Shown: positions 1-10,482, numbered from the stretch's first letter. The stretch is 64,000 nucleotides of DNA from Candidatus Gottesmanbacteria bacterium RIFCSPLOWO2_01_FULL_43_11b (GCA_001780985.1 MFJV01000001.1:428049-492048), one strand, 5' to 3'. Made by a program: numbers and translations. The notes: generated by a model not told the origin, from the letters alone.

Positions 1-532
1 GCTGATTCCAGAAAAGAAGTTGATGCCTGTGTGCTTTGCCCTCGTTGATATAATCTAAGAGGCGATTCCGCTGCCGCAATCCTCTTTCATAGGAAAGTAG
101 ATTTCTTCTATACTCTCTGTCTGCCTGAACAAGGACACTGTCAAGGTATCGCCGCCGCAAACTTGGGCTATCGGTAACTAGTTCCAAATCCTCAGGCCAA
201 AATAGAACTGCACGAAGGTTTCCTACAAAATCAATTTGCCGGCGCGCCACGCCATTGACGAAATATTTTTTTATTGTAGGAGTAATAATAAATTCAAGTT
301 TCGTTTCATCGATTGTTCCTTTTATTCTTGCAATATCAGATCCCCACCGGATAACTTCACGGTCATAATCTGCACGAAAACTTTTGCCCGTTGCCATAAG
401 CATAATCGCTTCAACAATATTAGTTTTCCCTGCTGCATTGGGACCAAGGATGAGTGTTGTTTTAGGAGAAAATGTAAATGATTTTTTCTCGTAGCTCCGG
501 AAGTTTTGAAGTGTGAGATTCGTCAATATCAT
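1..532 (-). CDS. recF: DNA replication and repair protein RecF, N-terminal portion (C-terminus lies beyond window start)
   Basis: Own minus-strand translation from ATG (revcomp 530-532): MILTNLTLQNFRSYEK...LILGPNAAGKTNIVEAIMLMATGKSFRA (RecF Walker A). Absent from ORF track because it runs off the window edge. ATGA overlap with the pyrH stop. Confidence 0.75.
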   Translation of the reverse strand, partial: MILTNLTLQNFRSYEKKSFTFSPKTTLILGPNAAGKTNIVEAIMLMATGKSFRADYDREVIRWGSDIARIKGTIDETKLEFIITPTIKKYFVNGVARRQIDFVGNLRAVLFWPEDLELVTDSPSLRRRYLDSVLVQADREYRRNLLSYERGLRQRNRLLDYINEGKAHRHQLLFWNQ

Positions 533-1230
533 TTTATGGTCGTTCCGATGAAGGATTTATTGTCGAGGGCGAGGCCGAGGTTTTTGAGGTTTTTTCCGTT
601 GAGAATTTTGACTGTAATGCCGAGGTCTTGCGCAAGTTTACTCGCAATTGGATCAAATGGTGCGTGCATGCCTGGCGTCCATTTGTCTCCGATCATTTGT
701 CTATACTTTTTCCAGGAAATGTTGGTGAGGGGTTTTGCGTCGGGGAATTTTTTGGGGTCTTTCTCGTAGACATGGTCAATATTAGTCATATTAATAACAC
801 TCTTAATGCCGTAGTCCTGGCATAGCGTCACGGCACAGTAATCAGTGCTCCATCCCGGTTTCCATCCTCCGGCGATGGCGACAGGCTTGTCAATTTTGAG
901 AATAATTTCGTAGTGTTTAATCACCCGTGGATCGGCAATGTCCCTAAAAATAGTCCTAATCATTTGGGCGTTAAGACGTGTTGCGTGAATGCCCAACCAA
1001 TCGCGGTCAACGTCATCCAATTCCTCTCCGCGAACCTGACTTGCTGCTTGCTGGTAGTGCCGCGTGGTTCCCCCTCCCCCCACCGTAATAAAAAATCTCC
1101 TCTGCTTTGAGGAGACTTGGTTTCTTATAAACGTATTGAACTGTGAGAGAAAATTGGTGTCAACACCACCATTGGGGACGACGAGTGATCCCCCAAGAGA
1201 AAGTATGTATGCATTCTTGCCGTATATCAT
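529..1230 (-). CDS. pyrH: UMP kinase, archaeal-type (amino-acid kinase fold)
   Basis: LSLGGSLV and ITVGGGG glycine loops; GWKPGWSTD; VYEKDPKKFPDAKPL. Start taken at MIYGKN; the ORF track allows extension to 1260. Confidence 0.65.
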   Translation of the reverse strand: MIYGKNAYILSLGGSLVVPNGGVDTNFLSQFNTFIRNQVSSKQRRFFITVGGGGTTRHYQQAASQVRGEELDDVDRDWLGIHATRLNAQMIRTIFRDIADPRVIKHYEIILKIDKPVAIAGGWKPGWSTDYCAVTLCQDYGIKSVINMTNIDHVYEKDPKKFPDAKPLTNISWKKYRQMIGDKWTPGMHAPFDPIASKLAQDLGITVKILNGKNLKNLGLALDNKSFIGTTIK

Positions 1231-1323
1231 CCTAACCCCTAAAAAACACGCCGCGCACACTTTTGGCGTGTTATTTTTGTATCTTAACCCAGGTATGCGT
1301 GAACTGTCAAACAGCCGTCTTCT

Positions 1324-2115
1324 TTAAGTTAATTTCACAAGTCTTCCGTATTCACGTGCTTTTTCAAACATAATGGAAAAAAACCAAATCGAAAAAACGA
1401 GATATACGGTGTTTAGTAACAGAGCAAACACGAGATTAGTTGAAATTACATTACTCTCAAACATGAATCTTCTCATTTCCTCAAACACGTACGTTGTAGG
1501 CAATACGATGGCTATTTTTTGCGCCCATGGGGGGATAAAAGACAGGGGGTAAAGGACACAAGAAAATGGTTGAACGATAACGACGATAGCCCAGGCAATT
1601 TCCTGCATTGACAAGCCATACCGAAGGATAAGCCCATTGACAATGAACCCCAAAGAAATTCCAAACAAGAGTAAGTTTATGAAAAAAATTGGTATCAACG
1701 GACCGAAAGAAGAAAAAATATTAAAATTGTAGAGCACCATTGATCCTATCGTTAAACTGAGCGCGGTTGCAAACATTTTTATTATCCCAATAACCACTAA
1801 AGCAGTTAAATATTCTGTTTTTGTTAACGGCGAGGCAAAAAGATTTAAAATATTTTTGTTCCACAACTCGTCGATGAAATTGATTGAAACTTCCCGCTGC
1901 GGCTGAACGACAATTTCCCAAAAAATAATGGCGCCAATAATTACAGTGATAAAAGAAAAAGTGCTTGAAGAACTACTTTGAAGAAAAGAGATCGCCAGTC
2001 CCCAGATGAGGAGTCCAAAAAACGGCCACCCGAACGTCCACATGAATCGCTCCGGCGATCTAGGCCAGATATACAAATGTCTCAGAATGATTGCCGCTAT
2101 TCTATGTGTACTCAT
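1324..2115 (-). CDS. ABC-2 type transporter permease
   Basis: 263-aa polytopic hydrophobic protein. Overlaps the upstream ABC ATPase gene. Confidence 0.55.
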   Translation of the reverse strand: MSTHRIAAIILRHLYIWPRSPERFMWTFGWPFFGLLIWGLAISFLQSSSSSTFSFITVIIGAIIFWEIVVQPQREVSINFIDELWNKNILNLFASPLTKTEYLTALVVIGIIKMFATALSLTIGSMVLYNFNIFSSFGPLIPIFFINLLLFGISLGFIVNGLILRYGLSMQEIAWAIVVIVQPFSCVLYPLSFIPPWAQKIAIVLPTTYVFEEMRRFMFESNVISTNLVFALLLNTVYLVFSIWFFSIMFEKAREYGRLVKLT

Positions 2116-3025
2116 ACCTACCCCTCATAGCGTGTAAGAAAAAATCTTCCAGCGTCGGTTTTTCAATGGTGATTTGAGAATATTTAAGACGCGCTAAGGA
2201 CAATCTCCCTAACAACTGACCGACGTTTTCTTCCTCTGTGTCAACCTGAACCTCTTTCTCGTCGAAAGAAAATGTATACTGATAATTCTTCAGTAACGTT
2301 ACTGCTTTCGTTCTCTGGACATCAAAGAGAAGAAGCACTCGACAAAACTTTACTCTCTTTGCCAAGCCAGTAGGAGTATCTTCGGCAATAATGTTTCCTC
2401 TGTTGAGAAAGATGACCCGGTCACATATTTCGGTAACTTCTGCCATGTTGTGAGACGTAAAAAGAACTGACATATTATCTGTCTTAACCTTCTTCTTAAT
2501 ATATTTCCTGATAAGATCGGCTACATCAGGGTCCAAAAATGCTGTCGGTTCATCAAGGAGCAAAAGCCGCGGATCGTTAATAAATGCCTTACAGAGATAG
2601 AGACTCGTCAATTGACCGGAAGACAACGTGTCGGTTATTGCATCTTTCAATGCGGTAAGTCTGAACTCTGTTATCAATGTATCAATCTTCTGTTTATACT
2701 CTTCGACTTCGTACAGTCTGCCAAAAATATGCAAATTTTCCCAAACTTTAAGCCGCCATGGTAAGTTGACGTACGCTGCTGAAAAGTTCATTTGTTTCAA
2801 AATCTTGACCCGATGTTCCTCAAACGGCAATCCAAAAACGTTGATCGTGCCCAAGGTCGGCGTTGTTAACCCAAGCAGCATATCTATAGTCGTCGTTTTT
2901 CCCGCTCCGTTTGGACCTAATAATCCCACGATCTCCCCTTCCTTGACCGAAAAGGAAATATTATCAACGGCTGTGAAGTCACCAAATTGTTTGGTTAAAT
3001 TTTTAACCTCTAAAATATGCTCCAT
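2102..3025 (-). CDS. ABC transporter ATP-binding protein
   Basis: Walker A GPNGAGKTTT, signature LSSGQ, Walker B LLLLDEPT. Confidence 0.85.
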   Translation of the reverse strand: MEHILEVKNLTKQFGDFTAVDNISFSVKEGEIVGLLGPNGAGKTTTIDMLLGLTTPTLGTINVFGLPFEEHRVKILKQMNFSAAYVNLPWRLKVWENLHIFGRLYEVEEYKQKIDTLITEFRLTALKDAITDTLSSGQLTSLYLCKAFINDPRLLLLDEPTAFLDPDVADLIRKYIKKKVKTDNMSVLFTSHNMAEVTEICDRVIFLNRGNIIAEDTPTGLAKRVKFCRVLLLFDVQRTKAVTLLKNYQYTFSFDEKEVQVDTEEENVGQLLGRLSLARLKYSQITIEKPTLEDFFLHAMRGRYEYT

Positions 3026-3042
3026 GAGGCTAAGTATACGCG

Positions 3043-4128
3043 CTACCCAGGCTGTTTTGAAGATACAAACCGGGTAAGTTCCTTTTTAAACCGTTCTTTG
3101 CTGAATTTTTTTGCTTGGTTGATGCAGTCCTCCGTGCGAAATTTCATTTTCTCAAATTTCCGTACTGCGGAGGTGAAGTTCTGTTTAAAAAATATTCCCG
3201 TTTTACCCTCAATGACTGATTCTGTATAGCCCCCGCCCGCGTATGCGATAACGGGAGTGCCCATTGCCATCGCCTCAACCGGTGTCATACCAAAGTCTTC
3301 ATCCATAGAAAGTGCAAGAAATGCTTTGGCGCCCGCATATAATCTATGCAACTCTTCATCGCCCACATGTCCCAAAAATTCTACAGTTTTACCGGCAATT
3401 GCTTTCAATCGCTCCTGATCCGGACCGGTGCCCACAATCTTGAGTGGTAATTTTTCCTTGTTGGCCATCCGAATGGCAATCTCAACATTCTTCGGCTGTG
3501 CAAGTCTGCTTACCACCAAATAGTACCCCTTCAAGTACCCCTTCAAGGAGACTCCTTGAAGTTGCATTTGGTTTTCGATAGGAGGGTAAATTACTTTAGA
3601 GTCCCGCCTATAAAATTTTTTTATGCGAGAGGCTGTTTCTTTTGAATTAGCAATAAAATAATCAACCCGTTGTGCAGCATCATAGTCGTAGTGACGCATG
3701 AAAAAGCCGACAATTATCCCATAAATTTTGGCAAGTATACTCTGTTTTGATGTCGTATATCCGTATAACCACCTGGGAGGTGTGTGGCAGTAGCAAATTT
3801 CGATCGCTTTGCCTTTCTTGGCAAACCCTTTTGTTATGTACCAGCTTGATGACCCAATAATCACGTCATAACCAGAAAAGTCGAATGAGTTCCAAATCGC
3901 CGAAGCCAAAAATCGCAGAGGGCTGTGGAGTTTTGTCGAAAATCCAGGAATATGGTGCGCCCATGATACACGCACGTCCTTATCCTTGAATCGTTCCCAT
4001 GCTGGGGAGCCAGGATTGTAAAATGCTGTATAAATCGGCGCATCCGGCCATATTTCACTCATGGCAAGTAAAACTCTTTCTGCGCCGCCAAACTCTGCCA
4101 ATTGGTCATGAACCAATGCTATTTTCAT
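3043..4128 (-). CDS. Glycosyltransferase family 4 (GT-B fold)
   Basis: C-terminal motif EDFGMTPVEAMAMGTPVIA typical of GT4. Confidence 0.75.
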   Translation of the reverse strand: MKIALVHDQLAEFGGAERVLLAMSEIWPDAPIYTAFYNPGSPAWERFKDKDVRVSWAHHIPGFSTKLHSPLRFLASAIWNSFDFSGYDVIIGSSSWYITKGFAKKGKAIEICYCHTPPRWLYGYTTSKQSILAKIYGIIVGFFMRHYDYDAAQRVDYFIANSKETASRIKKFYRRDSKVIYPPIENQMQLQGVSLKGYLKGYYLVVSRLAQPKNVEIAIRMANKEKLPLKIVGTGPDQERLKAIAGKTVEFLGHVGDEELHRLYAGAKAFLALSMDEDFGMTPVEAMAMGTPVIAYAGGGYTESVIEGKTGIFFKQNFTSAVRKFEKMKFRTEDCINQAKKFSKERFKKELTRFVSSKQPG

Positions 4129-4985
4129 ACAAGCGAAAGTTGTGAATTTGTCGGTTTTTTCTCGAATAATTTTAAACGTTTCAGAAGTGAGGGAAAGTGG
4201 AAATCTTCGAGTGCTTTGCGAGCGCTCGGCGTATCCAAAGTTGTTAATCGGGCTTTGTCTAAATCAATTTTAACTGGTGCGTCGGTACGGATTGTAGCGA
4301 GTTTTTGGCTCAAAAGTGCGCTTTCTTGATCTTTCTTTGTAAGCGTTGCAAGAACTTTTTGAAACGTTTTGTGTTTTTCTAAGAGTCTTACCGCAGTCTT
4401 TGGGCCGATACCAGAAACTCCGGGATAGTTATCCGAAGGATCGCCGGCAAGCGCTTTAAAATTGGGAACTTGAGACGGTTTTACTCCCATCCTTTCAACG
4501 ACTTCTTTCTCCCCATACAATTTCCCTTCGGATAATCCTTTTGTCGGCATAAAAACAAATACTTTTTCATCATCAACTAACTGCAAAATATCCCGATCTC
4601 CTGTCACAATAATTACTTGATTCTTCGATTGTTTAGTAATTGTGCCGATAACGTCGTCTGCCTCAAACCCGTCAACTTCATAAATTGGTATACCAAAAGA
4701 AGTAACCACGTCATGCACTTTGTCTACCTGGCCGACAAGATTATCTTCCATTTTCGGCCGCTGTGCCTGATATTCCTTAAATAACTCCTGGCGAAACGTT
4801 GGCGCTGCCCGGTCAAACGCAACGGCAATATGCGTCGGCTTTAGGTCATTATAAATTTTTATGAGCATTGAGATAAATCCGTAGACAGCTCCTGCTGGTG
4901 ATCCGTCAGAAAAAGTGAATGGAGGGATGGCGTGGTAGGCGCGGTGGAGAATGGCATTGCCGTCAATGAGAACGAGGCGATTCAT
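4125..4985 (-). CDS. Stand-alone 5'-3' exonuclease (Pol I N-terminal FEN-like domain)
   Basis: LVLIDGNAILHRAYHA, IIVTGDRDILQL, PGVSGIGPKTA (H3TH). Confidence 0.85.
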   Translation of the reverse strand: MNRLVLIDGNAILHRAYHAIPPFTFSDGSPAGAVYGFISMLIKIYNDLKPTHIAVAFDRAAPTFRQELFKEYQAQRPKMEDNLVGQVDKVHDVVTSFGIPIYEVDGFEADDVIGTITKQSKNQVIIVTGDRDILQLVDDEKVFVFMPTKGLSEGKLYGEKEVVERMGVKPSQVPNFKALAGDPSDNYPGVSGIGPKTAVRLLEKHKTFQKVLATLTKKDQESALLSQKLATIRTDAPVKIDLDKARLTTLDTPSARKALEDFHFPSLLKRLKLFEKKPTNSQLSLV

Positions 4986-6877
4986 GATTCAGAAACATTG
5001 ATTTTTTTCTTCGGGCCACCCATCAATTTCTCAAATTCTTCTCCTTCCAAGGTTTCCTTTTTCACTAACTCTGCAGCAATAAGATCGAGTTTTTTTCGAT
5101 TTTTTCGTATTACCTCAAGCGCGCGTTTGTACCCTTCATCGAGAATCTTTTTCATCTCACGGTCAATTGCGCCAAGCATATCAGGCGACACGTTTTGCTG
5201 CTCATAAAACGCTTTCCCCCATTCCGTCACGTCCGAGTGTGGTCCAAAATTGATAGGCCCCAAATCACTCATTCCAAATTCCGCAACCATGTAACGGGCG
5301 ATACGGGTTGCTTGATTGATGTCGTTAGCAGCTCCGCTTGTCATTTCGTTAAATACTATTTGTTCAGCAGCCCTCCCTCCCATCGTCATTGCAATTTCGT
5401 CAATTAAGCGTGAACGGGTCTCATGCAATCGATCTTTCTCCGGCGGGGCCATGGTAAACCCGAGCGCCATACCGCGGGAAACAATACTAATCCGGTGCAC
5501 TGGATCAAGATGCGGGCTATAGTAATTAACAACCCCATGCCCAGCCTCGTGGTAGGCAGTCATTTTACGATCAAGGTCAGTTTGAAGTCTCTTTTTCTCA
5601 GGACCGAGTTTCACTTTTGTTGCTGCCTCTTCAATATCAGTCATATCGATTTCTTTTTTGTTTTCTCGGGCTGCAAGAATTGCTGATTCATTGAGCATAT
5701 TCTCAAGATCCGCTCCGGAAAATCCGACGGTCCTCTTGGCAACTTTTTCCCAATTGACTACCTTTGCATATGGTTTTCCTTTGGCATGAATCGAAAGAAT
5801 TGCTTTCCGTCCTTCCAAATCAGGGAGATCAAGACTCACTCTGCGATCAAATCTGCCGGGGCGAAGCAGAGCTGAATCAAGGAGGTCGCCACGATTCGTT
5901 GCTGCTATAACCATAACAGCAGTATTGGGCTCAAATCCATCCATTTCGACGAGAATTTGATTAAGCGTTTGCTCGCGTTCGTCGTGGCCGCCCATTATCC
6001 CGACACTTCGCATTCTCCCGATGGCATCGATTTCATCAATAAAGATAATTGCAGGTGCACTTTTTTTGGCTTGGGCAAAAAGGTCGCGGACACGGGCAGC
6101 ACCGACGCCGACAAGCATTTCCATAAACTCGCTTCCGGCAATTGAGAAAAACGGTACTTTCGCCTCTCCTGCCACAGCTTTGGCAAGGAGGGTTTTCCCT
6201 GTTCCGCTTGGACCGATGAGGATTACCCCTTTCGGTGTTCTTGCACCAAGCGCACGGTATTTTGCAGGATTTTTGAGAAAATCGACAACTTCCTCAAGCT
6301 CTTTTTTCGCTTCATCGACTCCGGCAACATCGGCAAACGTCACTTTGGGTAAATCTTTACTAAATACACGTGCGCGGGATTGTCCGAATGAAAATACGCT
6401 ATCCTGAGCGCCACGTGCTTGACGGAAAAGAAAGAGGAAAAAAACAACAGTCAAAACAAGCGGCAAAACGTTGCCAATGATACCCATCCAGATTTGCGCC
6501 ATAGATAAATCTTTCACTTTAATCTCCACTGTATTTGAGGCAACGCCTGCTGATTCGAGGAGTTTATAGAGTGATTCCTGAGGTTCTTTATGAGAAATAA
6601 ATTTCGTGCCGTCTTTATAAGAAACCGTAAGCCTGCTTTCCTCCACTTCAATCGTAGTTACTTTACCGTCTTTAACGTCAGCAATCACCGTTGATAGCGG
6701 CTTTTCAACGAGAGACGACACTTGACTGCCGAGACTACCCAGAGCCGAGAAAATGAGGAAGGCGATAAAAAGGGCAATGAAGATGTTTTTGAAATTAAAG
6801 TTCATCCGCATCTCAAAAACTTTTTTTCCCTTTTTCCCATTTCCGTTTTTCTTTTTAAGGCTATTTTTTTCTGCCAT
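4982..6877 (-). CDS. ftsH: ATP-dependent zinc metalloprotease FtsH
   Basis: N-terminal TM; AAA Walker [19 protein letters not shown]; HEAGHGVV zinc site. Confidence 0.9.
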   Translation of the reverse strand: MAEKNSLKKKNGNGKKGKKVFEMRMNFNFKNIFIALFIAFLIFSALGSLGSQVSSLVEKPLSTVIADVKDGKVTTIEVEESRLTVSYKDGTKFISHKEPQESLYKLLESAGVASNTVEIKVKDLSMAQIWMGIIGNVLPLVLTVVFFLFLFRQARGAQDSVFSFGQSRARVFSKDLPKVTFADVAGVDEAKKELEEVVDFLKNPAKYRALGARTPKGVILIGPSGTGKTLLAKAVAGEAKVPFFSIAGSEFMEMLVGVGAARVRDLFAQAKKSAPAIIFIDEIDAIGRMRSVGIMGGHDEREQTLNQILVEMDGFEPNTAVMVIAATNRGDLLDSALLRPGRFDRRVSLDLPDLEGRKAILSIHAKGKPYAKVVNWEKVAKRTVGFSGADLENMLNESAILAARENKKEIDMTDIEEAATKVKLGPEKKRLQTDLDRKMTAYHEAGHGVVNYYSPHLDPVHRISIVSRGMALGFTMAPPEKDRLHETRSRLIDEIAMTMGGRAAEQIVFNEMTSGAANDINQATRIARYMVAEFGMSDLGPINFGPHSDVTEWGKAFYEQQNVSPDMLGAIDREMKKILDEGYKRALEVIRKNRKKLDLIAAELVKKETLEGEEFEKLMGGPKKKINVSES

Positions 6878-7050
6878 ATCAGGTAGTGAAATTTCGACCT
6901 TTGCTTTTTACGCTTTCGAAATTCCAGTGTTATTTTCTTTCAATACATTATACGATACGCAAACCCCAGGTAATCGTGCATTTCGAGCAAAGTATGAGAA
7001 AGCGTGTCGAAATTCTACTACCTGGATACGAGGCTCAAGTATACCACGAT

Positions 7051-7314
7051 TTAACGTAAAACGTTTTTAAGAAGTTTGTAGACTTCTCTGCGATGCGCAA
7101 TGGTGACGATATCTATTGATGTTTTTGATTTTCTGTATACAATGCGATATGTCCCCACCCGCACTCGGTATGCGTTAGGAAATCCAGAAAGTTTTTCTTC
7201 ATGAGATATAGGCGGCCGAGAAAATAATTTAATTTTTTGTGCTACTGCAATTTGATCAAATTTTGGGAGATTACGGAGATCTTTCTCTGCACGAGGCAAA
7301 AAAGTGACATTCAT
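7051..7314 (-). CDS. RelE/ParE family toxin
   Basis: 87 aa; YRIVYRK...IDIVTIAHRREVYK. 4-nt overlap with the upstream antitoxin gene. Confidence 0.55.
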   Translation of the reverse strand: MNVTFLPRAEKDLRNLPKFDQIAVAQKIKLFSRPPISHEEKLSGFPNAYRVRVGTYRIVYRKSKTSIDIVTIAHRREVYKLLKNVLR

Positions 7315-7550
7315 AATCCAAGATCTCTAAACACGTCTTCTGCTTTACGTCGCTTGGAAAAATCTGCATTCTTGAATGCCCGCTTATCGATGTAATCTTC
7401 AATAAAAGTCACCATTGCTTCATATAAATTTTTACCAAGAACATATCCTTGTACTTTATTTCTATTTTCCACCGCCACAGGATAATCCGCTGCTTGCGAA
7501 ATCACGGCAGAAGGGTTCATTTTAAGCTGAGAAATAGACGTTGTGGTCAT
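7311..7550 (-). CDS. Phd/YefM-type antitoxin
   Basis: 79 aa, upstream of and overlapping the RelE-like toxin. Confidence 0.5.
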   Translation of the reverse strand: MTTTSISQLKMNPSAVISQAADYPVAVENRNKVQGYVLGKNLYEAMVTFIEDYIDKRAFKNADFSKRRKAEDVFRDLGL

Positions 7551-7661
7551 GTCAGGATATAATACCTATTAACAGGTCTCTTGTCAAGACCAATAAACTG
7601 GTCTTATCGAATTTTTGCTCCTACTGGCATACCCTCGGCGGAGATAAAAAGGAGCTTGGAT

Positions 7662-8714
7662 TTATCGCTGAAAACTATATTTTGTCACTAATCCAATCGC
7701 CTCCCTCACTTCTTTCATTGTTTGTCCCGCAACGATAAGTGCTCGTTCTTGTCCCTTTTTAAGAATATCCGTAACTACATTCGGATTTGCCTTAAGTTCT
7801 TCGTATGCTTTCCTTGCCGGAGCAAAATAATTCATTAACGTCTGAAATAAATATTCTTTAACCTCAACGTCTGCAATTTTCCCTGCTTTGTAGCGTTCTT
7901 TAAGAGCTGATAACTCGCTTGCCCCGCGAAGCCTTGGCGAAGTGGGGCCAAAAAAATCCAAGTAGGTAAAGACCATATTCCCTTCTATGTGTCCCGGGTC
8001 TGTCGCGTGCTTTCTGGTTGGATCCGTGTAGGTTCCCATTACCTGTTTTTTAATCGCTTCTTCCGAATCAAACATTGCAATAACATTTCCCAATGTTTTA
8101 CTCATTTTCCGTTTGCCGTCAGTTCCTAAAACGACTGCGACTTCCTCCGGAATATACGGCTCTGGCAATGTAAATACTTGTTTCTTAAAAATTTTATTGA
8201 AGCGCTCGGCAATATCTCTCGTAATTTCTATATGCTGTTTTTGATCTTTGCCCACCGGCACCAAATCCGCTTGGTACAAAAGAATGTCTGCAGCCATGAG
8301 CATGGGATAGGAAAACAATCCCACATTGATATCTTCCTCCATTGCGTTACCGGCAAGCTTATCTTTGTATGCATGGGCGCGCTTGAGAAGCCCCAGTGGA
8401 GTCACGTTATTGAGAATTGATTGGCACTCAGTATGCATCGGCACATCTGACTGGCGGAAAAACACAATTTTTTCAAATTCATCTTTACTCAAAAATCCGC
8501 GCAGAAGCGCGAGTTCATTGAGAATTAATATTTCTATATTATTCTGCAGTTGTTTCTTGTCCTGAATAGTCGTGAGCCCATGCAAATCCGCGACCATTAA
8601 AAAGGTCTCATTCGACTTGGCTAATTCGATAAACTGCCGCACGGCGCCTAGGTAATTACCGATATGCAAACTCCCGTCGCCGCTTGGTGTAATCCCAGAC
8701 AAAAATCGTTTCAT
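7662..8714 (-). CDS. trpS: Tryptophanyl-tRNA synthetase
   Basis: ITPSGDGSLHIGNYLG (HIGH region) and KMSKT (KMSKS). Confidence 0.9.
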   Translation of the reverse strand: MKRFLSGITPSGDGSLHIGNYLGAVRQFIELAKSNETFLMVADLHGLTTIQDKKQLQNNIEILILNELALLRGFLSKDEFEKIVFFRQSDVPMHTECQSILNNVTPLGLLKRAHAYKDKLAGNAMEEDINVGLFSYPMLMAADILLYQADLVPVGKDQKQHIEITRDIAERFNKIFKKQVFTLPEPYIPEEVAVVLGTDGKRKMSKTLGNVIAMFDSEEAIKKQVMGTYTDPTRKHATDPGHIEGNMVFTYLDFFGPTSPRLRGASELSALKERYKAGKIADVEVKEYLFQTLMNYFAPARKAYEELKANPNVVTDILKKGQERALIVAGQTMKEVREAIGLVTKYSFQR

Positions 8715-8723
8715 AGATTCTCC

Positions 8724-9044
8724 TTATTGTAACAAATATACAAACTTGCTTCGTTTACGTCGAATTTTTTTTATCGCTCTTCCAATCGCTCGACGCTCAT
8801 GAACACTAAGATTTTCATAATGTTGTCCAAATCTTGCAAGACTTTCTGTATTACTCAGAGCCTTAGTAATTCGCATTAAATATGCCGTATTACTTTCTTT
8901 ATATTCATCATAGTAAATTCCATGATTATAAAATCGGCGACGAAAACCGAGTTTTGGACCAAGAGTAATAAGTCCGGCCTTGTTAAGTTCACCACTATGT
9001 ACGAGTTTATTGAGTCCATTTACTAACGATTCAACTTTAGACAT
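8724..9044 (-). CDS. Hypothetical basic protein
   Basis: 106-aa ORF directly upstream of trpS; no recognisable motif. Confidence 0.35.
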   Translation of the reverse strand: MSKVESLVNGLNKLVHSGELNKAGLITLGPKLGFRRRFYNHGIYYDEYKESNTAYLMRITKALSNTESLARFGQHYENLSVHERRAIGRAIKKIRRKRSKFVYLLQ

Positions 9045-9080
9045 ATTTTTTCACCTCCCTTCAAAATAATTTACTTTGTA

Positions 9081-9329
9081 TTAAATGCGGTACGTACGCT
9101 TCGTTTTACATTCGCTACAATTCAAGTAATACGATCGCACTCCTATGCTTCCCACCCGCGGATCTCCACTACTAACCATTACTATTTCACTCTCTGTAGT
9201 TAGTGTCCCTTTTCCACTGCATCCTTTTGCATGCGGAAATCTCAACTTCAGTTCATACATCGTCGGTAACAATGCAAACGTTTCACGCGCATATCTCAAT
9301 AAATTACTGAGCTCTTTCATGTGTATCAC
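9081..9329 (-). CDS. Hypothetical small protein
   Basis: 82-aa ORF with Cys pairs (CSGKG...CSEC). Coding status uncertain. Confidence 0.25.
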   Translation of the reverse strand: MIHMKELSNLLRYARETFALLPTMYELKLRFPHAKGCSGKGTLTTESEIVMVSSGDPRVGSIGVRSYYLNCSECKTKRTYRI

Positions 9330-9978
9330 CTCCTTTCAAAATAATTTCCCGCGCTATTAGGCCATAAAATCCTTGTTTTATGTACGCTTTCTCTCCGTAC
9401 AAAACCGGAATTATGCCATCCTGCGCACGAACAAAATTTTGGTAATTTCCTGGTTCCTCAATCTTTCCAAAAACTTCATAAACACGAACTGATTGAGGTT
9501 TAATTCCATTGTTTTTCAACTTCATGACAATTTGCTGTGCTAAGTCAAATGACCTCTGATCTTTATGTGCACCGACCTCAACTGAAACACCATCTCTAAA
9601 ATTTATGAGCGCATGTCCCTTTTTAATGTTGTGACGCATATGAACAACGTGTTCGACCCCAAGAGAACTCGCCAATGGGATCATTGACTCGTCAACGACA
9701 ATAGCAAACGGTGGTGAATCACACGAAAACGTATGAAAATCGATAACCAAACCGTGGCTATTCAATTTTTTAAGCACTTGGGGTGCTCGCAACTGTTCAT
9801 ACAAAACTCCTCTCACTCCAAATGATGCGTTTAAATCGAGATTTATAAAGCGCCTATTCAAAAGCAACGCGAGCGGATTGCCAATTACGTGCTTCTCCCC
9901 TATCTGTCGGAGTGCACGATGTGGCATCGTCTCATTGCCGTGAATCGCTGTAACAAATTGAAATTCATGATTCATATT
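9304..9978 (-). CDS. AstE/AspA family zinc hydrolase (succinylglutamate desuccinylase/aspartoacylase-like)
   Basis: AIHGNE motif close to the internal Met (MNHEFQFVTAIHGNE). The ORF-track GTG start at 10071 would add 31 aa. Confidence 0.55.
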   Translation of the reverse strand, partial: NMNHEFQFVTAIHGNETMPHRALRQIGEKHVIGNPLALLLNRRFINLDLNASFGVRGVLYEQLRAPQVLKKLNSHGLVIDFHTFSCDSPPFAIVVDESMIPLASSLGVEHVVHMRHNIKKGHALINFRDGVSVEVGAHKDQRSFDLAQQIVMKLKNNGIKPQSVRVYEVFGKIEEPGNYQNFVRAQDGIIPVLYGEKAYIKQGFYGLIAREIILKGGDTHERAQ

Positions 9979-10231
9979 TTTCTCTTTTCTTCGACCAATA
10001 AAAAACCGCCCGTGCAAATCCTCTAGCTCTGCTAGAAAATTTACAAGGACGGTCCCATTCCGTTGTGCCACCTTGCCTGCCCTTCGTAGTTTTAACGAAG
10101 GAGGGTTTTACTTTAGACACAAATCCTACACAAGCTTACTTCTCGCCTTTTGGTACTATTCGTACACGGCTCGAAGAGCGCTTTGGCGGGATTGATGGTT
10201 AGTAAATTCGTTTACTTATTAACTAACCATC

Positions 10232-10410
10232 AAAAAACCGACCAGAGGTCGGTTAGCCTAAAGCCTCATTCTTGACGAACTCCTCTTCGCACTTGCACTG
10301 AGCTTTGCGAAGTGACATTCGTTGACGATCTTTTTACGGTTTTGCCTCCGTACTTGATTAGAGTCAGCTCTGAGGTTCCATCCACACCTCATCAACGCTT
10401 TTATTCAATT
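10232..10410 (-). ncRNA. Candidate small RNA (minus strand) between a sigma70-like promoter and an intrinsic terminator
   Basis: Minus-strand TTGACA-16-TATACT (plus coords 10418-10445). Intrinsic terminator with stem AACCGACC/GGTCGGTT plus T6 (10232-10254). A 47-aa internal ORF lacks an RBS. Confidence 0.3.
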
Positions 10411-10417
10411 AAGGAGT

Positions 10418-10459
10418 AGTATACCAAACTATTGACATTTGTCAAATTTACGTTATAAT
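10418..10459. promoter_or_regulatory. Divergent promoter pair sharing the palindrome TTGACAtTTGTCAA
   Basis: Plus strand: TTGACA (10432-10437), 16-nt spacer, TATAAT (10454-10459), AGGAG RBS, ATG at 10483. Minus strand: TTGACA (revcomp 10440-10445), 16-nt spacer, TATACT (revcomp 10418-10423). Confidence 0.4.
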
Positions 10460-10482
10460 TTTGTTATAACAGGAGAAATATT

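Noticed and set aside
10262-10393. 47-aa basic ORF (MRCGWNLRADSNQVRRQNRKK...) inside the candidate sRNA
   Set aside because: No Shine-Dalgarno and no resemblance to L34/L36/S21-type small ribosomal proteins; treated as non-coding.
10080-10480. Considered SRP RNA, 6S RNA or tmRNA in the 500-bp intergenic gap
   Set aside because: No helix-8 GGAA/AGCA motifs, no tRNA-like end, no long 6S-type imperfect duplex. Only promoter and terminator signals support a generic sRNA call.
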